From: Ginsengibacter sp.
Lineage (GTDB): Bacteria; Bacteroidota; Bacteroidia; Chitinophagales; Chitinophagaceae
Assembly (NCBI GenBank): GCA_039919615.1
Contig: JBDSFG010000205.1
Location: 1 to 48,401 of the forward strand
DNA: 48,401 nt
Direction: 5' to 3'
Below the pieces are notes generated by a model. That model saw only the letters and a list, made by a program, of their open reading frames with translations. It did not search any database and had not been told where the DNA came from. Shown here one piece after another: positions 8,902-16,453 of the stretch; the first letter of the stretch is position 1; each line of letters begins with the position of its first letter. The position numbers were made by a program, and so were the translations under genes.

Positions 8902-9984
8902 TTAATAAGCGCCGGGTGGAAAGGTCAACACAATTTCCAGTTCGGTTGATGCAGTATAAATAACCTCCTTTGTTTTAAAAGGGACTAAAAACTTATCTCC
9001 TCTTTTTATACTTATAATTTCTTTGCCTGCTTTAATAATTCCTTCTCCCTTTGTAACAATACCTGCGTGAAAACAGTCAGAGCTACGGGTGTAGGTTCCC
9101 TTTATATTCATCTTGCGTACAGAGAAACAATTTGTTTGTTTATTACCTATTAAAATAAATTCTTCATAATTACTTTCTTTATTAAGTGATACTGGCTTAC
9201 AAAAATATCGCTGTTTAATATCTTCAGCAGTCAAGGGCTTAAACTCAATCATATCCATTGCAAAATCAATACTGCGGCCCATAAAGCGGGCTTCTTCGGG
9301 CAATACGTAACCTGCTTTTTCAAACTCTAAGCGAACAACAAAATCAGTTGGCTCCATTATCTCGATCATAAATACACCCTCTCCAATAGCGTGCGGTAAT
9401 CCTCCGGGAACAATAAATACATCTCCGGGTTGTATATGTATTTTGTCGAAACACGATAATATCTTTTCGCTATCCTGTTGCAATACGGCCTGCTTAAAAT
9501 CTTCTTTGGCCATTGGATGCTGAAAGCCGAGGTAAATAAATGGCTCACTCTCTTCCTCACGAGTTCCGAGAATAACATAAGCTTCCGTTTTACCTGAATT
9601 ACTGTTCAGGTACTTTTGAGAGAAGGCAATAGTGGGATGAGCCTGTATATGTAGCCGGATTGCTGAGTCAAGGAATTTTAGCAGGAATTGTGTATTGGCT
9701 CCATATTTTTTATAATGGGTGTCACCAATCAGTTCCAGGGGATTATCTTCAATCAAATCTTTTAGCAAAAAAGAGTTTCCGTTCACCTCCACTTTTGAAT
9801 AGCCTTCTACAAAAGTTTCTCTTCCTTTATTTATAGCCCGTGTGGTGCTAACGATCCATTCTTCTGAAAAATGACTGTCTTCAGGCGGGGATTTCCCTTC
9901 AAGTGTATCAAGTATTTTACCGCCTGGATAGGTACGCCAAACCCTGTTACCAGATACTAATAGAATGCCTGGTATATTGGTCAT
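8902..9984 (-). CDS. Class I mannose-6-phosphate isomerase-like cupin
   Basis: LLKFLDS..RLHIQAHP, GKTEAY and PGGLPHAIG contain the Zn-binding Q/H/E/H set of type I PMI. Confidence 0.8.
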   Translation of the reverse strand: MTNIPGILLVSGNRVWRTYPGGKILDTLEGKSPPEDSHFSEEWIVSTTRAINKGRETFVEGYSKVEVNGNSFLLKDLIEDNPLELIGDTHYKKYGANTQFLLKFLDSAIRLHIQAHPTIAFSQKYLNSNSGKTEAYVILGTREEESEPFIYLGFQHPMAKEDFKQAVLQQDSEKILSCFDKIHIQPGDVFIVPGGLPHAIGEGVFMIEIMEPTDFVVRLEFEKAGYVLPEEARFMGRSIDFAMDMIEFKPLTAEDIKQRYFCKPVSLNKESNYEEFILIGNKQTNCFSVRKMNIKGTYTRSSDCFHAGIVTKGEGIIKAGKEIISIKRGDKFLVPFKTKEVIYTASTELEIVLTFPPGAY

Positions 9985-9996
9985 TTATATTTTACT

Positions 9997-11292
9997 TTAT
10001 CTTATTTTACTCAACTTAAATGCAAAAAGGGAAATAAATGCATAGCAGATGATAGGTAAATAATAAGCTGCGGCAATATTATGATTAGCGACCAATCCCA
10101 TTAATGGCGGAAACACTGCGCCTCCGGCAACACCCAACACAATAAAAGAAGAAGCCTGTGGTTTATGCGGACCGAGGTCTTTTAAACCAAGGCTATAAAT
10201 GGTTGGAAACATAATGCTGAAGAAAAAATTAAGCATTATAAGGGCTATGAATGAAACCCAGCCAAAGCTTTGTGCAATTATTAAACACATCAGGATGTTA
10301 CATAGCGCAAATGTACCGAGCAATTTATTCGGTTCAATAAATCGCATCACATAAGCGCCGGCAAACCGGCCGGTCATTTTTAATATCATGCTGAAAGAAA
10401 AAAAGTAAGCGGCTTTTTCGCTGGTAAAGCCCATTTTTTCTACTCCATAATTAATAAAAAATGCCCAGGTGCCGCCCTGCGCCGCTACATTAAAAAACTG
10501 TGCCGCTATAGCCCATTTAAAATGTTTATGTTGAAATAGCTTTTTAGTATGTCTTAATTCCTGTGGGTCTGTTGCTACTGCAAACGATTCTTCATCGGCT
10601 TTCACATCACGGGTTTCTGTTATAGCGGGAATTTTTAAAATAAAAAAAGCCGCGGCAATGAGTAGGAGAAGTATGCCGATAGCAGTATACATTATCTTCA
10701 CTGATTGCAGGTCGTTGGAATGAGCGGCACTTAAAATAAAATAGCCGCCTAAAGCTGGCCCTAATACCCCGCCGAGTCCGTTAAAGCCTTGCGCAAAATT
10801 TAAACGGGAGGCGCTGGTACTTTCCGGCCCAAGTGCAGCAACAAAAGGATGTGCTACTGTTTCCATAGTTGCAAGGCCACAGGCAAGTACAAAAAGCGCA
10901 ACACGAAAAAATGTAAATGACCCGGAGTTGGATGCTGGCACAAATAAAAAAGCCCCAAAGGCATAGAGCAAAAGCCCAAGTAATACGCCGTTCTTATATC
11001 CAAATTTTTTCATGAACAACCCTGCAGGAATGCCCATAACCGCGTAAGCCCCAAACATGGACAACTGTACAAGCGCCGACTTTGCTTTGGATATATGCAA
11101 CACTTTCTGGAAATGCCTGTTGAGCACATCACCCATAGTAATAGCAATACCCCACAACATAAAAAGAGAAATTACAAACGCCAGCGTAACGAGGTATCGT
11201 TTTTCCGTAAAGGCCGCTTTTTTTAGGAGTGGCTTTTTCCCTGTAGCATCGTTATCGCCTTTAGGCAAAGAATAAGCAGCAGATTCTGACAT
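9997..11292 (-). CDS. FucP-family MFS sugar:H+ symporter
   Basis: About 12 TM segments; FucP motifs GYKNGVLLGL, LATMETVAHPFV, RLNFAQGFNGLG, SIMFPTIYSL, GGAVFP. Confidence 0.88.
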   Translation of the reverse strand: MSESAAYSLPKGDNDATGKKPLLKKAAFTEKRYLVTLAFVISLFMLWGIAITMGDVLNRHFQKVLHISKAKSALVQLSMFGAYAVMGIPAGLFMKKFGYKNGVLLGLLLYAFGAFLFVPASNSGSFTFFRVALFVLACGLATMETVAHPFVAALGPESTSASRLNFAQGFNGLGGVLGPALGGYFILSAAHSNDLQSVKIMYTAIGILLLLIAAAFFILKIPAITETRDVKADEESFAVATDPQELRHTKKLFQHKHFKWAIAAQFFNVAAQGGTWAFFINYGVEKMGFTSEKAAYFFSFSMILKMTGRFAGAYVMRFIEPNKLLGTFALCNILMCLIIAQSFGWVSFIALIMLNFFFSIMFPTIYSLGLKDLGPHKPQASSFIVLGVAGGAVFPPLMGLVANHNIAAAYYLPIICYAFISLFAFKLSKIR

Positions 11293-11811
11293 AGTAAATT
11301 ATGAAAGACCAATTTATTCAATTAAATGATTATTGGTTAAGTAATTTTTAATTTGTTTCTGCCGGAAGTAAAAATATTATCCGGCATGCAGCAGCCACTG
11401 TTGCACAAAATACCCCGCCGGATCAACTGGCAAATTAGAAAAATAAGATATTCTTTGGCGTTCCATCGAAACTCCTGGTGAGATTTTAGAACTGTGATGC
11501 TGCCTGGAGCAAACTACGCAACTAAGGATTGGGAACGATTTTTATCATGATTTAGATGCTTAAAAAATGTCAGTATTATTTTTAACCTGAGTGATTCCTG
11601 CAATACCACGCAGACGGGGCAAAACACTATTTTGCAAAAAGATGATAAAACAGATTCGTTTAAAAAGCCGCTATAAATTATAAAAACTTTGCGAAGGCCT
11701 ATCGTTATACTCCTGAAATTCTATTTCCAGTAGGATTTCCAGAAGGAGCCGTTGCAGGAATTTCTAAAAAGAATTGAAATAATTTTCTACATTTAAATAA
11801 ATTATCAAATT

Positions 11812-12108
11812 ATGACAATAATAGGTTTTTTAGTTCTTTTGTTAATAGCTGCAATATGCGGCGCAATAGGACAAGCGCTGGCGGGTTATGATTTGGGTGG
11901 ATGCCTTGTTTCAATAATCGTTGGTTTTATTGGAGCCTATATTGGTTTATGGGTTGCTGCTAAAATGGATTTGCCGCGGCTTTTTGAGGTAAGTATTGAT
12001 GGCAAACCTTTCCCTGTATTGTGGGCCGTAATTGGGTCTGCGATATTTACTTTTGTTATGGCGCTATTGCGAAGGTTATTTGTAGGCGGACGTAACAATG
12101 ATTTGTGA
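11812..12108 (+). CDS. GlsB/YeaQ/YmgE family (transglycosylase-associated) membrane protein
   Basis: Small 3-TM Gly-rich protein with 'IIVGFIGAYIG' and 'AVIGSAIF'. Confidence 0.85.
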   Translation: MTIIGFLVLLLIAAICGAIGQALAGYDLGGCLVSIIVGFIGAYIGLWVAAKMDLPRLFEVSIDGKPFPVLWAVIGSAIFTFVMALLRRLFVGGRNNDL

Positions 12109-12384
12109 CTTGTACAACACATACTTCATCGAAGCATCGATCAGGCCGGCACTCCTTACCTTTCTAGTGAGGTGAAAAAAACATCTTAACTTATGACGAT
12201 GAGAGATCAGTCAATCAAAATGTAACTATGTAAAGAAACATAACCTTGCAGCAGTTATGTTTAGGAATACAGCAGCGATAAAAAAGAATATCTTCTCAAA
12301 GCAATTTCCGGCAACTTTAAGTACAGAAAATACCTGCACTTATTTTTTCGAATGCACCTGGTTAATTGTTTTTAAATAATATTA

Positions 12385-13965
12385 ATGCCGGTATCAAGAA
12401 GAGAATTTTTAACCAAAACTGCAAAGGCCGCTGGCGCCGCATACCCGGCAATGCTGGCGCTTGGTATGCTTAAGGCTGCACCTGCTTATCCCTTTGATCT
12501 CCGCGGAAATGGAAGTGGCAAAAAAGTTATTATACTTGGTGCAGGTCTGGCAGGTATGTCTGCCGCTTATGAACTAGGCAAACTGGGTTATACATGCATA
12601 ATTTTCGAAGCAAGAACCAGGGCTGGTGGCAGATGCTGGTCTATCAGGAAAGGTGCGCTGCACACTGAAACGGAACAGCCTTTGCAAACAGCAACCTTTA
12701 ATGAAGGACTTTACTTTAATGCCGGACCATCACGCATTCCGCATCACCACGAGCTAACACTTCACTACTGCCGGGAGCTGGGTGTGCCTATAGAAGTTTA
12801 TAATAACGTTAATGAAGCGGCATATTATTTTAGTGAGGGCAAAGGAAGTTTATCGAATAAAAAGATCAGGGTACGTGAAGTACACAACGATGTAAGAGGA
12901 TATACTTCGGAGCTGTTGGCGAAAGCTATTGACCAGGATAAAATAGATATAGCGCTTACTAAAGAAGATGCACAAAAAGTGGTGGAATATCTACGTGCAG
13001 AAGGTGGGCTTGATATTGATAAATTATATAAAGCATCAGACCGGAGAGGCTACCTGGAAGACCCTGGTGCAGGAGAAAAATTTGGAAAGATTGCTGATCC
13101 GCATAAGCTATCTGACATTATTGAAAGTGGTTTGCTAAGCCCGGATTTTTATAATGTCTCGGAGTACGTATATGAATTGCAATCAACGCTTTTTCAGGCA
13201 ACAGGCGGTATGGACTCTATTGCCAAAGCATTTGAAAAAAAATTGACCGGCGTTATACGATTCGGTTGCGAGGTCACTTCAATACAAAACGGCACAAGTG
13301 ATGTAAAAATTACTTATAAGGATAAGGCCGGTGAAAGAATTATTGAAGGTGATTTTTGCATATGTACCATTCCCTTGCCGGTACTGAGTAATATTCAGCA
13401 CAATTTTTCATCGGATGCAAGCAGGGCAATTGATTACATACCTTATATCAATACAGGGAAAACCGGGCTTCAGTTTAACCGGCGTTTTTGGGAAGAAGAT
13501 GAGCAGATCTATGGCGGCATCACCCATACCAATAGTGACCTTACGCAAATCTTTTACCCCTCTAATGATTACTTAAGTAACAAGGGAATACTGATTGGCT
13601 ATTATAATTTCGGGGAGGTTGCTAAAAGGGTTGGGGAGATGAGTTACGGGCAACGGGAGAAACTTGCACTTGAAAAAGGAAGACTCATTCACCCGCAATA
13701 TGATAAAGAATTTCAAAGCTCTTTTTCAGTAAGCTGGCAACATACACCGTACAGTCTTGGAGGCTGGGCATTATACACAAAAGAAACCCGGCAAACCTTA
13801 TACAAAGCCTTAATAAAACCGGATAAAAATGTTTATTTTGCAGGAGAGCACATGACCTATTTAAATGCATGGATGGCCGGGGCTTTTGAATCAGCGAGAA
13901 AAACAGTTACAGATATACATGCGAGGGTAACGGAGCAAAGATTATCTTATCCATCGGTTAAATAA
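12385..13965 (+). CDS. Tat-exported flavin monoamine oxidase / L-amino-acid oxidase family protein
   Basis: Twin-arginine SRREFL; FAD motif ILGAGLAG..AA; EAR.RAGGR; NAGPSRIP; C-terminal YFAGEH...WMAGAFES. Confidence 0.88.
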   Translation: MPVSRREFLTKTAKAAGAAYPAMLALGMLKAAPAYPFDLRGNGSGKKVIILGAGLAGMSAAYELGKLGYTCIIFEARTRAGGRCWSIRKGALHTETEQPLQTATFNEGLYFNAGPSRIPHHHELTLHYCRELGVPIEVYNNVNEAAYYFSEGKGSLSNKKIRVREVHNDVRGYTSELLAKAIDQDKIDIALTKEDAQKVVEYLRAEGGLDIDKLYKASDRRGYLEDPGAGEKFGKIADPHKLSDIIESGLLSPDFYNVSEYVYELQSTLFQATGGMDSIAKAFEKKLTGVIRFGCEVTSIQNGTSDVKITYKDKAGERIIEGDFCICTIPLPVLSNIQHNFSSDASRAIDYIPYINTGKTGLQFNRRFWEEDEQIYGGITHTNSDLTQIFYPSNDYLSNKGILIGYYNFGEVAKRVGEMSYGQREKLALEKGRLIHPQYDKEFQSSFSVSWQHTPYSLGGWALYTKETRQTLYKALIKPDKNVYFAGEHMTYLNAWMAGAFESARKTVTDIHARVTEQRLSYPSVK

Positions 13966-13986
13966 CAGGTATTTAGTGTTACCAAA

Positions 13987-14007
13987 CAGGCGGTTTGCCT
14001 TCGCCTG
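13987..14007 (+). other. Intergenic GC hairpin (CAGGCG-N9-CGCCTG), possible mRNA-stabilising stem or weak terminator
   Basis: Perfect 6-bp inverted repeat 21 nt after the LAAO stop, with no strong U-tract directly after it. Confidence 0.3.
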
Positions 14008-14062
14008 GTTCTACGATTGTTTTCTGTATGATCATAATTTATTAATTTAAAAAGTATCATCT

Positions 14063-15226
14063 ATGTCTGCTTCAATGAATCGTAGGCACTGGTTAAAAAC
14101 CAGCACAATGCTTACGGGTGGCCTGGCTTTTTTGCCCGGCACACTTCCTGCTGTCCCGGCTCCTGCTTCCCCCGTTAAACGTATAAAAAGCTTGTCTGAT
14201 ACGGAATATGGAAGGCTGATGCCACCTGATCTAAAAGCCCGCTTATTCGCCAACGAAAATCCTTTTGGCCCTTCTGATAAAGCAAAGAAAGCAATCAGTG
14301 AATCGCTGGAAACCTGCTGCCGTTACCCCCTTACAGAAGTTGAGGAAATGATAGATAAAATTGCAGCTTATGAGGGTGTGGCAAAAGAAATGATCATGAT
14401 GTCGTCGGGCTCAACTCCAATTTTGCAGGCCACAGCGTTATGTTACTGCAAAGCAGGCGACAGTGTTATCAGCGCCGATCCAAGCTATGCAGACCTTCCC
14501 GAACATGCTGAAGCGGTAAATGCCAAATGGATAAAAGTTCCACTCACTGCTGAGTTCAAACTCGATCTTGATGCAATGGAAAAAGCAATTGACAACACAA
14601 CCAAACTTGTATATATCTGTAATCCTAATAATCCCACAGCTACTATTGTTGACACTGTGCGGCTTAAAGATTTTTGTGAAAGGGTTTCTAAAAAAGTAAT
14701 GGTTTTTGTAGATGAAGCTTATATAGATTATCTCCCTGATCCGCAGGGAACCACCTTAATAGAAAATATAAAAAAAGGACAAAACATTATCGTTGCCCGA
14801 ACCTTCTCCAAGTTGTATGGTTTTGCAGGTTTGCGCATTGGCTACATGGTAGCGCAACCGGAAACAGTAAAAAAGGTAGAACCTTTTTGTGTAAGTTGGT
14901 TTGGCATTTCAGGGCCATCTATTCGTGCTGCATTGGTAAGCTACCAGGATAAAGAATACCTGCAGGATGCTTTAAAGAAAACTATAGCAAGCAAAGAATT
15001 TTTATACAAAACACTTAAGAGCGAGGGTTATGAATATATTCCTTCATCAGCAAACTTTGTAATGTTTCCCATAAAAATGGAAGGGCAACGTTTTGTTGAT
15101 GAGATGATGAAACGTGGGGTGGGTGTTCGTTTTTGGGAATTCAATAATAAACACTGGTGCCGGGTAAGCATTGGCAGAATAGATGAGATGGAAGCGTTTG
15201 CAACGGCTTTTAAAGAATTGTCATAA
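14063..15226 (+). CDS. Tat-exported HisC-like class I/II PLP-dependent aminotransferase
   Basis: Twin-arginine NRRHWLK with h-region; NENPFGPS, CNPNNPT, DEAYID and PLP-lysine motif RTFSKLYGFAGLRIGY. Confidence 0.88.
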   Translation: MSASMNRRHWLKTSTMLTGGLAFLPGTLPAVPAPASPVKRIKSLSDTEYGRLMPPDLKARLFANENPFGPSDKAKKAISESLETCCRYPLTEVEEMIDKIAAYEGVAKEMIMMSSGSTPILQATALCYCKAGDSVISADPSYADLPEHAEAVNAKWIKVPLTAEFKLDLDAMEKAIDNTTKLVYICNPNNPTATIVDTVRLKDFCERVSKKVMVFVDEAYIDYLPDPQGTTLIENIKKGQNIIVARTFSKLYGFAGLRIGYMVAQPETVKKVEPFCVSWFGISGPSIRAALVSYQDKEYLQDALKKTIASKEFLYKTLKSEGYEYIPSSANFVMFPIKMEGQRFVDEMMKRGVGVRFWEFNNKHWCRVSIGRIDEMEAFATAFKELS

Positions 15227-15251
15227 GGTAAATTTATACAGGTAAACATTC

Positions 15252-16265
15252 ATGCGTAGTATGATCAAAAAAATTTTATTATCAATCACACTCGGGCTAA
15301 ATATTTTCATTCTTAAGGCACAGGATACAGCATCCGCTAAACACATTGCGCTTACATTGGAGCAATATGAAAAAGCAAAAACTTTTTCAATCAAAGATCT
15401 GGATAAAGATACTTATGCAAAGTTTGAGAACACTTATATCCTTGACCGCTACGAAATGCGCAAGCCTTATTTTATTACAGGAGATGATGGCCTGAAGAAA
15501 CGTGTGGATATTTACAAACTCCTGTTGAAAAATGGTATGGCGGAGTTGGGAACGATGATCTATTACACTAATGAAAATGGTAAAAGATATACAGTGCTTC
15601 AACCAGCATTTACAGCAGAAAAGGCCGTATGGAATAAATACTTTAACGACATTGATAATATAAATAAGGAAGAAAAAAATTTTGTACTGAAGCTTTCTTA
15701 TATCCTTTCAAAAGAAATGAGTTTTCAGTTGTACAAAGCGCTGAACCATGGAAAAGATCTGACAGCAGAGATGGCAACTTATGGAACCTATATCTGCTTC
15801 CCCGGTGACCAGCAAATTTCAATGGCAGATGGCTCTGTAAAACAGCTTGCTCAAATAAAGACGGGCGACAATGTAATTACCATTGATCCTGTTACAAAAA
15901 AAGCAGCTGTTTCCATTGTTACAAAACTTATACAGCATGAGGCAAAAAATTATGCAATAACAAAACTGTTAGTAGCGGCCGCTATTGAAAAAACTACCTC
16001 AAAAGGAAATGAAGTAAAGCTTTCCGGTAAAATATTATCAGCTACGCCCAACCACCCAATGGAAACTTTAAAGAAGATTACTACCATGGGAGATATAGAA
16101 ATAGGTGATAAAATTTTATGCCTTGACGAAAATACAAACACCTATAAAACTTACACAGTATACAACAAAACAGAAGTAGCCGGTGGAGTGCAAAAAGTAT
16201 ATAACATGGAAACTGCCACGGGAAAAACGTTTGTTGTAAATGGAGTGATAGTGATGCAGAAATAA
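15252..16265 (+). CDS. Secreted protein with C-terminal Hint (intein/Hedgehog-like) domain
   Basis: Sec signal (…ILKA-Q). Hint block A CFPGDQQISMADG starts at Cys182 (nt 15795), followed by IKTGDNV, block B ATPNHP, block F VYNMET and block G FVVNGVIVMQK-stop. Confidence 0.85.
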   Translation: MRSMIKKILLSITLGLNIFILKAQDTASAKHIALTLEQYEKAKTFSIKDLDKDTYAKFENTYILDRYEMRKPYFITGDDGLKKRVDIYKLLLKNGMAELGTMIYYTNENGKRYTVLQPAFTAEKAVWNKYFNDIDNINKEEKNFVLKLSYILSKEMSFQLYKALNHGKDLTAEMATYGTYICFPGDQQISMADGSVKQLAQIKTGDNVITIDPVTKKAAVSIVTKLIQHEAKNYAITKLLVAAAIEKTTSKGNEVKLSGKILSATPNHPMETLKKITTMGDIEIGDKILCLDENTNTYKTYTVYNKTEVAGGVQKVYNMETATGKTFVVNGVIVMQK

Positions 16266-16453
16266 TTTTTAAAAATTATGTGCTTGTAATGTTTCAAATT
16301 TCAGTTATCCATAACGGGTAAACTTCAACTCATCTTTCCTGCTTTACAAATGATTGCATGCAGGAATTAATTTAACCCAGCCCAACCCTTTCAAGGAAAC
16401 TACTTTATAAAAACACCTTTTGGTGATCTTATTCATATAAAGCAATTTTAGTT

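Noticed and set aside
14063-15226. hisC gene symbol
   Set aside because: The Tat signal and lack of his-operon context argue against orthology.
15795-16265. Mobile intein or polymorphic-toxin pretoxin Hint
   Set aside because: No homing endonuclease, no C-extein or toxin domain, no terminal His-Asn and no adjacent immunity gene. It is reported instead as a non-canonical terminal Hint.
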